From positions 1-11,069 of the forward strand of contig DXJL01000032.1 in the NCBI GenBank assembly GCA_019057635.1: DNA of 11,069 nucleotides. Reading direction: 5' to 3'. Numbering within the stretch: position 1 is the first letter of the stretch; each line of letters starts with the position of its first letter. Below are positions 1-8,084 of this stretch, piece by piece. The DNA comes from Candidatus Heimdallarchaeota archaeon. GTDB lineage: Archaea > Asgardarchaeota > Heimdallarchaeia > Hodarchaeales > Hodarchaeaceae. The position numbers and the translations under genes were made by a program. The notes beneath the pieces are model-generated. The model was not told the origin of the DNA. It saw only the letters and a list, made by a program, of their open reading frames with translations, and searched no databases.

Positions 1-1
1 A

Positions 2-343
2 GATAGGAACATTTGGTTCATAACGATGCGCAGAAGCATTGGAAAAAACTTGTTTTCCATTTTGAGCCATTTCTAACTCAATTTCTTTTGCCATTGATGC
101 AGGGAGTGCACTAAATACTATATCATAACTATCGGGGGTTAAATTACTAAGTGAATTTAATTTTAAATTAGAAAACATATCTGGAATGTCAAATGACGGT
201 AATTTCCATTTACTCTTGAGTGATTGCCCCTCTGATTTTTCTGATGCTACTACTTCTGTTAATTCAAAATATGGGTGTGTCTCTAAAAGTCGTACAAATT
301 GCTGTCCTATTAATCCTGCCCCTAATATAACGCAACGTTTCAA
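2..343 (-). CDS. asd: Aspartate-semialdehyde dehydrogenase, archaeal type (5' part; runs off the window edge)
   Basis: Not in the ORF track. Manual translation from TTG at 343, with GGAG just upstream, gives MKRCVILGAGLIGQQFVRLLETHPYFELTEVVASEKSEG...DIVFSALP...VFSNASAHRYEPNVPI. The Rossmann motif, HPYFEL, DIVFSALP and SNASAHR are ASADH signatures. Confidence 0.92.
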   Translation of the reverse strand, partial: MKRCVILGAGLIGQQFVRLLETHPYFELTEVVASEKSEGQSLKSKWKLPSFDIPDMFSNLKLNSLSNLTPDSYDIVFSALPASMAKEIELEMAQNGKQVFSNASAHRYEPNVPI

Positions 344-520
344 TTGTTGTACTCCTATCTTTAAGTTATTTAGCTTAATTCAATACGACTAGTTCCTAGT
401 ACAGATACTTAAATTAACACTTTTGTCTTCTACTTAAATGGGGTGAATTTTTGCCTATTAAAGAACTTTTTCCAGTATCGAAAAGTTACAATTTTTCCTA
501 ACGAAGAGTTTTTTGGAATT

Positions 521-529
521 AAAAAAAAA
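521..529 (-). terminator. Possible oligo-U terminator after the asparagine synthetase gene
   Basis: A9 on the + strand (U9 on the - strand) about 35 nt past the stop codon at 563. Confidence 0.3.
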
Positions 530-562
530 TTTTGGCAGATCTTTGGTTGAGATCACGATTCC

Positions 563-1513
563 TTAAAATTCTACCTTTTCACCTGGTAATTTGGGAAATA
601 AAGTTACATCTTTGATATGCTTTCTTTTAGTTAAAAACCTGATAAGTCGTTCTATTCCAAGACCTCCTCCAGCACTGGGTACTAATAAAGCTTTTTTAGC
701 TAGATCTAGATGAAGTTCAAAAGCTTTAAGGTCTTGATTTCGCTCCTTAATCTTCTTTACCAGAATATTATGTTCATATTCCCGTTCTCCACCAGAGAGA
801 GCTTCTTCAAACCCATAAGGATAATAGAGGTCATAATTGATATAGTGTCCTTTCTTATCTGGATCTTCTTTGTCATAGAATTCTCTTTCAAAATCAGTTA
901 TCCAGAAAGGATCTTTCTCCTGAAGTGATATCTGTTTTCCATATTCATTCCCAAATTCTTTTTTTAAGTCCCAGCTTCGATATACTTTGAAAGGTTTCTT
1001 AGGTACTCGGATTTTGATACCATCTTTTTCCAGTTCTGCTCCATAAGAATTCTTAACTTTTTTTATTATGGAAATAATTAAATCCTCCATTAATGACATG
1101 AATTCGTGTGCAGATGTGTTCCTCATCTCAATATCCAGCTGTGTAAATTCCAGTAAATGCTTTCCGCTGGTTTTCAGCTCACTTAGTTCCAAACGTATGT
1201 TTGGGGATAGTACATAAATCCCTTCACATCCTAATGCTGCAATAGCAAGTTGTTTATGGAAAATCATACTTTTTGTCAATTGGAGATCTTGACCCAAATA
1301 TTTAATTTGTGGTTCATGAACAGAATGGCATAAGGGATCAGTAATTTGAGATAAAATCACGGGCATCAATTGAATGAAGTCCTTGTTATGAAAGAAGTCA
1401 TTAATAGCTTGTAGTGCCACAGTTTGTACTTTTAATGTCTGTAACATTTGTGTGTCTAATTTTAGTGTTGTAAGCTTTGATTGAGATGCTAATTTACTCA
1501 TCATTGATTTCAC
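563..1513 (-). CDS. asnA: Archaeal-type asparagine synthetase A (AsnRS paralog lacking the anticodon-binding domain)
   Basis: 316-aa class IIb aaRS catalytic core only: ITDPL, LTKSMIFHKQ, SPNIRLE, HLLEFTQLDIE, REFYD, NYDL, SGGEREYE, PSAGGGLGIERLIRFL. The start may be GTG 1513 or ATG 1504/1501. Confidence 0.88.
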   Translation of the reverse strand: MKSMMSKLASQSKLTTLKLDTQMLQTLKVQTVALQAINDFFHNKDFIQLMPVILSQITDPLCHSVHEPQIKYLGQDLQLTKSMIFHKQLAIAALGCEGIYVLSPNIRLELSELKTSGKHLLEFTQLDIEMRNTSAHEFMSLMEDLIISIIKKVKNSYGAELEKDGIKIRVPKKPFKVYRSWDLKKEFGNEYGKQISLQEKDPFWITDFEREFYDKEDPDKKGHYINYDLYYPYGFEEALSGGEREYEHNILVKKIKERNQDLKAFELHLDLAKKALLVPSAGGGLGIERLIRFLTKRKHIKDVTLFPKLPGEKVEF

Positions 1514-1627
1514 AGCTATATTTTTTATTATAGAATGGAGTATATTACCTTCAAATTATTCGCTATATGAGAGTATTGAGATAAAAACGGGATATTTCAA
1601 CAAGAATGAGTACTGTTTTAACATATA

Positions 1628-2086
1628 ATGGAATGTTCTACCCATATGGATAAAACCAATATAAAAATCATTAAAGCCCTTGAGCAAAATTCTCGTTTAT
1701 CTACAAATGATATTTGGAAAATAACTGGGATTCCTCAAACCACAGCCTACAATCGAATAAAAAAGTTGAAAGAAGAAGGAATTATTGAAAAATTCACCAT
1801 AAAACTCAACAAGAAGAAAATTGGAAAGGGGTTGGCCGCGTATATTCTCTGTACTGTTTCCTACCGTACAACAAAGGGAGAAAAATTAAGTCAAATTAAT
1901 GTTGCAAAGGGAGTGAAAGCAATGTCTGAAGTTGAAGATGTTTCAATTGTAACTGGTGAACTTGATCTTATTGTAAAGGTTGCTGTGGAAGATGTAGATA
2001 CGTTGAATGATTTTATTGTTAATAAATTGAGAGATGTTGAAGGCATTGAAAAAACAGTAACTTGCGTTGTTCTTTCAGAGGTTTAG
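1628..2086 (+). CDS. Lrp/AsnC family transcriptional regulator
   Basis: N-terminal HTH (MDKTNIKIIKALEQNSR...TAYNRIKKLKEEGIIEKFT) and C-terminal RAM domain (VTGELDLIVKV...GIEKTVT). The true start may be ATG 1646. Confidence 0.93.
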   Translation: MECSTHMDKTNIKIIKALEQNSRLSTNDIWKITGIPQTTAYNRIKKLKEEGIIEKFTIKLNKKKIGKGLAAYILCTVSYRTTKGEKLSQINVAKGVKAMSEVEDVSIVTGELDLIVKVAVEDVDTLNDFIVNKLRDVEGIEKTVTCVVLSEV

Positions 2087-2347
2087 GAGAAGAAGATTAT
2101 TAATAGTGTATTGACCATCCACGAGAGAATCTTTCTATCTCAAGAAAGAAAAATAAATTTAGTCCTTGCAAAGGCAATGATTCTCACATGAGAAGACACC
2201 ACAAACGCCATCTCCTTCCATAATTCATAGTTTTGAGTTTCTACTTCCTTTGGTAATATTATCCATGGTAATTGCTTATAGAAAGAAAAAATTAGATCAC
2301 CTAGGACAAAAATGAAGACAATACCATTTCCAATTGGAGCTCATTCT

Positions 2348-2398
2348 GTGTAGAAAGCCATGAATATACTTATCTAATCTAAACGAGCCTTTTACGGA
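2348..2398 (+). repeat. Module-boundary repeat, copy A (degenerate left arm)
   Basis: GT-GTAGAAA-GCCATG-AATATAC-TTATCTA-ATCTAAACGAGCC-TTTT-ACGGA; 39/51 identical to copy C by manual alignment. Confidence 0.8.
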
Positions 2399-2562
2399 GT
2401 TGGAGCACTCTTATCGCTTAATCAGCATATTGTTTCTAGATCGAATCCAAAAATAAGATTATGGCCAAAGTCAATAGTATCCCCCACTTAGGTTATAATC
2501 TTAGTTTTCAATATTTAATGAGTAATTCTACAAATTGTCATCGGTAAGGGACTTTTTTTCAA

Positions 2563-2820
2563 TTGCTACGATATGCTGAGCCTAGGGATTTTGATGGTGA
2601 TGGTAAATTTGATGCAACTGCATGGCAGTTTTATCATATTTTTGGACCAGAAGACCTCACATCTGGAGACCATACATTTGATATCGGTTTTTATGTGAAA
2701 AATTCCTTATGGATGTTTGGGATGGGGGATTATTCTTGGTCAGAATGGACATCCATATGGTACAGAGATTACGTAGATCCTCCCTATGATGTTCAATCTC
2801 TTATAATACGTATTGTATAG
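2563..2820 (+). pseudogene. Probable 3' fragment of a secreted or surface protein with a DxDxDG Ca-binding-like loop
   Basis: 85-aa ORF with a TTG start and an in-frame TAA at 2545. Contains DFDGDGKFD and aromatic beta-rich sequence, and is followed by a terminator. Could instead be a small intact gene. Confidence 0.45.
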
Positions 2821-2884
2821 ACCCAACCTACCAAAATTAGATACTCTTTGAGGAATCTACACAACTCCCATGCACTTCACTTCT

Positions 2885-2916
2885 AGGGATCCTTGAAAAG
2901 GATTCCTCCTTTTTTT
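2885..2916 (+). terminator. Hairpin plus T-tract terminator
   Basis: AGGGATCCTT-GAA-AAGGATTCCT forms a 10-bp stem with one G-U pair, followed by T7 at 2910-2916. It lies between convergent ORFs. Confidence 0.6.
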
Positions 2917-3013
2917 ATGCTTTATTTACTCCAATCTATTGAGTATTCTCGTATTTGTTAAAAAACTGATTTAATTCTTGATTCGTGAGAGTCTTTTATT
3001 TCTAGTTATATAT

Positions 3014-3505
3014 TTACGAACCAGCTCGTTTCCAAAGGATATATCCGAGAAGAGCGGAAATAGCGAATGCTGATATTTGATCTAGCGCGTAAACAGCAAG
3101 TAATGGTACTTCAAAGATTAAAGCGGGAATATTATTTGTAGCAGTAAATCCAAAATCGAGAATTAAGTGAGAGAACCATGCAATAGCTATAGGTGATAGT
3201 GACCAAAAGTGATCTTTTGCCATTTCCCGCCGAGGAAGGAATATTATCACTAAGTATATGCCTGAAGTAATTGCAACTAAAAGTGGAAGTATTGGGTTAT
3301 GCCAGAACCCACGATGAGAAAAGAGATAGTCTAGTGTCGGATTTCCTGTCTCAACATTAATTATTGCCCAAATCCCATCAATATCAGGGATAATCCCCGC
3401 AAAAGCCCCTAAAACTAGGGTCTTCAAACGATCCTTTTCATCCCAGTGATAAAAAGGGATAGCTATCAGTAATGCAACAAAAAAATGAGTAGAATAACCA
3501 GGCAT
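3014..3505 (-). CDS. YdjM/DUF457-like membrane-bound metal-dependent hydrolase
   Basis: Motifs TH, PDID, HRGFWH and SHLILD with several hydrophobic helices. ATG 3505 (MPGYSTH) is preferred over TTG 3514. Confidence 0.85.
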   Translation of the reverse strand: MPGYSTHFFVALLIAIPFYHWDEKDRLKTLVLGAFAGIIPDIDGIWAIINVETGNPTLDYLFSHRGFWHNPILPLLVAITSGIYLVIIFLPRREMAKDHFWSLSPIAIAWFSHLILDFGFTATNNIPALIFEVPLLAVYALDQISAFAISALLGYILWKRAGS

Positions 3506-3684
3506 TTTTCTCAACCTAACCGATCTTTCTTTTAGATCACTTGTAATAACTAATTCTTCTGATATTGGTAGAAGCTATGATGTGGATTTTCATATTTATA
3601 TATCCTTCTTGTTCTATTCTTTCACTTTTCAACGTGAAGTTACTTATTAATTTCTTGATCCCTTTTCTAGATATGTATGAATGA

Positions 3685-3736
3685 GGGTATATAACCCTAG
3701 GATATACTTTTGTAATCTAAACCAGCCATGGACGAC
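3685..3736 (+). repeat. Module-boundary repeat, copy B
   Basis: GG-GTATATA-ACCCTAG-GATATAC-TTTTGTA-ATCTAAACCAGCC-ATGG-ACGAC; 45/51 identical to copy C plus a 1-nt insertion. Confidence 0.92.
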
Positions 3737-3997
3737 GTTCGTGTCAATATTTCATTCAACATTTTGATATTTTTGAAGAAGAAGAACGAGTTATTTATTG
3801 TTGAATATATTCTTGAATTAATTTAATGTTTTTCATTGAAATTGTCTTTTTCTGGTTCTCTTCAGAAAAACCTTGAAATAATCTGCAATTGAATAAATAT
3901 TAACCGATAAAATGGTTCCCATTCTTAGTGGTATATTCGCAAATCTGTAAATTACACAATAGGCAAATCTGTTCAAACGCAAAACACTTATTAGTCG

Positions 3998-4029
3998 TTG
4001 TCTTACAATTCACCCGTTTTGTCTTACAA
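3998..4029. promoter_or_regulatory. Candidate NikR operator just downstream of a TATA-like element (TTATTA, 3988-3993)
   Basis: TTGTCTTACAA occurs twice, 21 bp apart (3998-4008, 4019-4029). It reads GTCTTA-N16-TCTTAC, against the E. coli NikR operator GTATGA-N16-TCATAC. nikR is in the same operon. Confidence 0.65.
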
Positions 4030-4063
4030 ATGAAAATTCCCATATATGAAAGGCGTAGAAGAA

Positions 4064-4747
4064 ATGCATATACCTGATGGTTGGGTTGATCCTTTTTTCT
4101 TAATAATCACTTGGGGCGTAACAATTATCGTTATTATGACTAGTATTAGAAAAATGAAAGATATTGATGAAACTCGGTTAACTTACATGGCAGTTCTTGC
4201 AGGAACTATTTTTGCTGCTCAAATGTTGAACTTTCCGATTCTTGGCGGCACTTCTGGGCATCTTTTAGGAGGTGCTCTTGCTGCGTCAATTGTAGGTGCA
4301 TGGGGTGGGTGTCTAGTCATCTCTGTGGTTTTAATCATTCAGGCATTCCTTTTTGCGGATGGTGGGATAATTGCCCTAGGAGCCAATATTTTTAATATGG
4401 CTATTGTTGGAGTTTTTGTTGCCTATCTAATTTTACGTTTTTTTATGTTCAATTCTTCTCCCAAAGATCGATATCGATACTATGGAGGAGTGTTCTTAGG
4501 TTCCTTCCTCTCAGTAATAATAGCTTCCGTTTTTGCAGCAATAGAAATAGGAATTCCAGTAATAAATAGTGTTTCACAGGTAAAATTGGTTGATTCCTTC
4601 TTGATAATTGTATTCTATCATGTACTGATTGGGATTGGAGAGGGGATAATTACACTCATCATTGTGAGTTATTTCAATACCATTCAAATGAATATTTTTC
4701 TTGAGGTTGACAATCCCTCACTTACTTACAATTTTTCCAAAAGGTAA
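4064..4747 (+). CDS. cbiM: ECF Ni/Co transporter substrate-binding component NikM/CbiM
   Basis: MHIPDG N-terminus (the metal-binding Met1-His2 puts the start at 4064, not 4046), FAAQMLNFP, GTSGHLLGG, QAFLFADGG, ALGANIFNM, IGIGEGIIT. Confidence 0.93.
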   Translation: MHIPDGWVDPFFLIITWGVTIIVIMTSIRKMKDIDETRLTYMAVLAGTIFAAQMLNFPILGGTSGHLLGGALAASIVGAWGGCLVISVVLIIQAFLFADGGIIALGANIFNMAIVGVFVAYLILRFFMFNSSPKDRYRYYGGVFLGSFLSVIIASVFAAIEIGIPVINSVSQVKLVDSFLIIVFYHVLIGIGEGIITLIIVSYFNTIQMNIFLEVDNPSLTYNFSKR

Positions 4748-4753
4748 TATAAT

Positions 4754-5053
4754 ATGGAGAATCGTTCGAAAATTTTGATTGGATCAATATTTATTGTCAT
4801 TCTTATGGTAGTTTTAAGTCCTTTTGCTGATCCAAATCCCGATGGTTTAGAAAGCGCGGCTGGGGAGGGCCACTACAATGGAAGTGCGTTTGATTTAGGA
4901 TTCTTAACCGATTATGGATCTGAAGACTCACTAATTCATCAATTCCTCCAGAATGACATGATAGCAACCATTGTTTCTGGTTTAATTGGTATTTTTGTAG
5001 TTGTTGGTCTATTCAGTCTACCTCTTATAATCTTACGATTAAAAAAAGAGTAA
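4754..5053 (+). CDS. PDGLE-domain NikN-like ECF accessory subunit
   Basis: Two TM helices flanking a loop with SPFADPNPDGLE and DY; lies between the M and Q genes. Confidence 0.88.
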   Translation: MENRSKILIGSIFIVILMVVLSPFADPNPDGLESAAGEGHYNGSAFDLGFLTDYGSEDSLIHQFLQNDMIATIVSGLIGIFVVVGLFSLPLIILRLKKE

Positions 5054-5060
5054 TTCTCAA

Positions 5061-5858
5061 ATGACAGATAAACACCATCACTATGTCGCACTAGGGGCTC
5101 CGAAACAAGTATTAGATATTAGGAGCAAGCTTCTCGGACTAGTTCTTATTGTCCTTGGATGTTCTTTCCTAGTTGATATCTCTCAAGTCTCTTGGTATGC
5201 AATTCTTCTTCTCCTTCTCCTCCTTATTTTAAGGCCGCGCAAGACATTTTTAAAACAAATTGTTTTAACACTCCCTTTGATCCTTTCATTATCACTCATC
5301 TCATTCTTTTCGTTCGATCCTCCATCTTTTAGCAATTTTTTGTACGAAACCACACATACTAAGGGCTCTTTTGCGTTTTTTACTGCTTTTCGTAGCATTG
5401 TAATTGTCTCCTCCATCTTGGTGATCGTTAGTTCTGAGGAGTCATTTTTCGAAATTATTTACGGATTAGATGATCTAAAACTTCCAGGGTTACTGACAAA
5501 CTTGTTATTTTTAACCTATCGTTTTTTTAGTCTTATCCAAGAGGAATTTTCACGAATTTTAGATGCTCGTTCGAATCGAATGTATAGTGAGAGTTCTATC
5601 ATGCAGTTAAGATCATTAAAACTTATCGGAAACATTTTAGGCGCCTCACTGGCACGATCGTTTAAACGCGCTGAATACATTTCAGCTTCGTTGTCTGCAA
5701 GAGGTTTTTCAGGCACTAGTAAATTCTCTCATCCTGAAAAACCATGGACACGAAGTGGTTTCTTATTTGTTATCTTTGCAATAATTGTCAACATTTTCAT
5801 TGGATTGTATGGACAGATTTCGCCTCTTGATTTGGTTGTAGGATGGTTATCACCATGA
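5061..5858 (+). CDS. cbiQ: ECF transporter T component NikQ/CbiQ
   Basis: LDIRSKL, multiple TM helices, LKLP...LTYRF, ARSNR, RSFKRAE...LSARGF (conserved Ala-Arg-Gly motifs). Confidence 0.9.
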   Translation: MTDKHHHYVALGAPKQVLDIRSKLLGLVLIVLGCSFLVDISQVSWYAILLLLLLLILRPRKTFLKQIVLTLPLILSLSLISFFSFDPPSFSNFLYETTHTKGSFAFFTAFRSIVIVSSILVIVSSEESFFEIIYGLDDLKLPGLLTNLLFLTYRFFSLIQEEFSRILDARSNRMYSESSIMQLRSLKLIGNILGASLARSFKRAEYISASLSARGFSGTSKFSHPEKPWTRSGFLFVIFAIIVNIFIGLYGQISPLDLVVGWLSP

Positions 5859-6565
5859 AATTGGATGTAGAATACGCTTTAAGTGTACATAATTTGAGTT
5901 ATAAATACGCGAAAAACCAGCCTGAGGTTTTGAGGAACATTTCTGTTAATTTTCCTCCTCACAAAATCACAGCTATTGTCGGGCCAAATGGATCAGGTAA
6001 GACTACTCTATTAAAGCATTTTAATGGCCTTTTTTTGGCTCAAAATGGTGAAATCTTCGTAAACGGCCAAGTTCTAAATAAGAAAACCCGTAAAACCATT
6101 CAAAAACAGATTGGCATTGTTTTTCAAAATCCTGATGAACAAATTTTTTATCCTAACGTTTATGATGATGTAGCATTTGGCCCGAGGAATATGAACTTGA
6201 GTCTAGCTGAAATTCAAGAAAGAGTCGCTCAAGCCGGAAAAGCGGCACAGATCTCACATTTAATGGATCGAATTACCTTCAATTTGTCCTTTGGAGAAAA
6301 AAAGAAAGTAGCGTTTGCTGGTATCTTAGCAATGCGACCTGAGATACTGGTATTAGATGAACCCACCATCGGTATAGATCCATGGTCAAAAGATCATTTT
6401 ATTTCTCTCATCAGGTCTTTTAGCCCTGAAAAAACAGTGATAGTAATAACCCATGATTTTGAAATAATGAAATCCGTCGATTACATTATACTTATAAAAG
6501 AAGGAGAAGTAAAGGGTAGGTATACTAACTTTAACTCCTTTTGGCAGGAAGAGTTTGCTAGTTAA
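5855..6565 (+). CDS. cbiO: ECF transporter ATPase NikO/CbiO
   Basis: Walker A GPNGSGKTT, Q-loop VFQNPDEQ, signature LSFGEKKK, Walker B LVLDEP, H-loop ITHD. ATG 5855 overlaps the cbiQ stop (ATGA); alternative start at 5843. Confidence 0.93.
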   Translation: MKLDVEYALSVHNLSYKYAKNQPEVLRNISVNFPPHKITAIVGPNGSGKTTLLKHFNGLFLAQNGEIFVNGQVLNKKTRKTIQKQIGIVFQNPDEQIFYPNVYDDVAFGPRNMNLSLAEIQERVAQAGKAAQISHLMDRITFNLSFGEKKKVAFAGILAMRPEILVLDEPTIGIDPWSKDHFISLIRSFSPEKTVIVITHDFEIMKSVDYIILIKEGEVKGRYTNFNSFWQEEFAS

Positions 6566-6574
6566 GGTGATTTA

Positions 6575-6991
6575 ATGACTTTAAAAGAAATTCGTGAGAC
6601 AATTACTTTCTCTTGTGATCCTCTATTCAAAAAATTACTATCTACGAAAATGAAAGATTTTGGATATCAAACGAAATCTCAAATGATAAGGGATGCACTT
6701 CAGTCCTTTTTCGATTCAGAAAAGATGTTAGAGAGGGCTTCTGATACTGATATGATCGTGACGTTGATTTCAGTTGTTTACGATCATCATGATTCAACTA
6801 CACTTGAAGAATATTTGCGTGTACAACATCAATCTAATGTAGCCTTCTCTTCACATTTTCATCTGCCCTCTGGTGAATGTATTGAAATTTTAATGATAAA
6901 CGATCAGGTGAAAAACGTTAAAAAGCTAATTCAAGAGTTACGTGGCATTAATGGCTTGAAAAATATATCTTATAGATTAAACCAAGTTTAG
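6575..6991 (+). CDS. nikR: Nickel-responsive regulator NikR (RHH plus ACT-like metal-binding domain)
   Basis: RHH (TITFS...KSQMIRDAL), YDHH, and the Ni-ligand pattern QH...HFHLPSGEC (H-x-H-x5-C). Confidence 0.85.
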   Translation: MTLKEIRETITFSCDPLFKKLLSTKMKDFGYQTKSQMIRDALQSFFDSEKMLERASDTDMIVTLISVVYDHHDSTTLEEYLRVQHQSNVAFSSHFHLPSGECIEILMINDQVKNVKKLIQELRGINGLKNISYRLNQV

Positions 6992-7099
6992 CTTAGGTGG
7001 ATGATTTTATATTTACCGTTCTTTTTGAAAGCAATCGATCCAGATTATTCTACTGAAGTAAAAAATGTATTTAAGTTGTTGTTTCATTAATTCAACGGT

Positions 7100-7150
7100 G
7101 GGTATATACCCTAGTATATACTTTTCCAATCTAAACCAGCCTTTTACGAC
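7100..7150 (+). repeat. Module-boundary repeat, copy C (perfect 7-6-7 inverted core)
   Basis: GG-GTATATA-CCCTAG-TATATAC-TTTTCCA-ATCTAAACCAGCC-TTTT-ACGAC; one base separates it from the HEPN stop codon at 7152. Confidence 0.92.
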
Positions 7151-7151
7151 A

Positions 7152-7514
7152 CTAATCTATTTCGGTAGTGCTATTTTCAAGTTCAAGGGAAATCTGCTGA
7201 AATACCTTTTTTAATGGGGGAAGCAATTCAGAGACAGTATTCCAAATAAGCTCTAATCTCACACCAAAATAAGCATGAATCAATTTATCTCGCATTCCAG
7301 TCATTGATTTCCAAGGAACTTCTGGATGTTTTTTGCGTATGGATTCTGGAATATTCTTTGTTGCTTCTCCAATGATTTCTAATGCTCGAACAACGGCAAA
7401 TTCAGTTTTCTTATCTTTGACGAAATCGTTATAATCCATCCCTTTAATGAATTCTGATATATTAGCTATATTAATCGTAATATCATTAATATAATCTATA
7501 TAAGTTCTTTTCAA
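7152..7514 (-). CDS. HEPN (DUF86/HepT-like) RNase toxin
   Basis: AVVRALEIIGEA, HPEVPW, and RDKLIHAY (R-x4-H-x-Y). The TTG start overlaps the MNT stop (TTGA). Confidence 0.92.
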   Translation of the reverse strand: MKRTYIDYINDITINIANISEFIKGMDYNDFVKDKKTEFAVVRALEIIGEATKNIPESIRKKHPEVPWKSMTGMRDKLIHAYFGVRLELIWNTVSELLPPLKKVFQQISLELENSTTEID

Positions 7515-7804
7515 ACATAAATAACTTCCTTCAGTATCTGTTTGCCGATATGAGGTTTCAAGGTATCCTTCATTACGAGATCAACCTTTATCCCTAGCTT
7601 TTCAGAAAGGTATTGTTCTAAATCGATAAACGCTAGTAGATCGATAGAAAGATCAACAGTGACAAGAATGTCTAAATCACTGTTTTTTTCCATTTCTCTC
7701 CTGACATAAGAACCAAAAATTCCAATTTCTATCACTTTGTACTCTTCTCTAAGGTATTCTAGTTCGTTTTTTATCCTTTCTTTTATTTCCGAGATTTCGA
7801 GCAT
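7511..7804 (-). CDS. Minimal nucleotidyltransferase (MNT/MntA-like) antitoxin
   Basis: IFGSYVRREMEKNSDLDILV (GS-x10-DxD) and KVDLV; translationally coupled to the HEPN gene. Confidence 0.93.
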   Translation of the reverse strand: MLEISEIKERIKNELEYLREEYKVIEIGIFGSYVRREMEKNSDLDILVTVDLSIDLLAFIDLEQYLSEKLGIKVDLVMKDTLKPHIGKQILKEVIYV

Positions 7805-7987
7805 TTTTTGTCCTCATGAATTCAAAGTTTCTTATTACAACATCAATTAACTCAATCTTTTATAAATACTTTTTATGTTATCCTTTTGATATTAAGTTCT
7901 ACTTAACTTATTGCCCTATTTTTTTGGGTAGCTACTTTTTTCCTATCTAAACATAGAGCTAGATCTTAATTACCTGAATATCAAACG

Positions 7988-8032
7988 CTAGGATATCAAC
8001 AATGTTGTTGATATATTCACTAGGATGTCAAC
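7988..8032. repeat. Inverted repeat with flanking direct repeats, upstream of the TA operon
   Basis: ATATCAACAA-TG-TTGTTGATAT (7993-8014), plus CTAGGATATCAAC (7988-8000) and CTAGGATGTCAAC (8020-8032). Confidence 0.6.
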
Positions 8033-8084
8033 TATTTTCTTTCAAGAATGTAGGATTGCATTGGGGAATTAGTCGGTGTTACTG

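Noticed and set aside
186-392. 68-aa + strand ORF
   Set aside because: Antisense shadow of asd.
710-928. 72-aa + strand ORF
   Set aside because: Antisense to the asparagine synthetase gene.
2140-2340. Start-less open frame and a 20-aa Cys-rich peptide on the - strand
   Set aside because: No 5' start for the long frame and no recognisable family; expected by chance.
3740-4060. Cobalamin riboswitch upstream of cbiM
   Set aside because: The leader is very AT-rich with no B12-box; a NikR-type operator explains regulation better.
5183-5716. Two - strand ORFs (77 and 66 aa), one with a poly-Arg run
   Set aside because: Antisense to cbiQ; the Arg run mirrors the CTT/CTC poly-Leu codons of a TM helix.
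7926-7953. Partial repeat-like matches (ATCTAAAC here and at about 9103; ATATATATCCTTGAG at about 9149)
   Set aside because: Too short and AT-rich, and they lack the CCAGCC tail or correct spacing.
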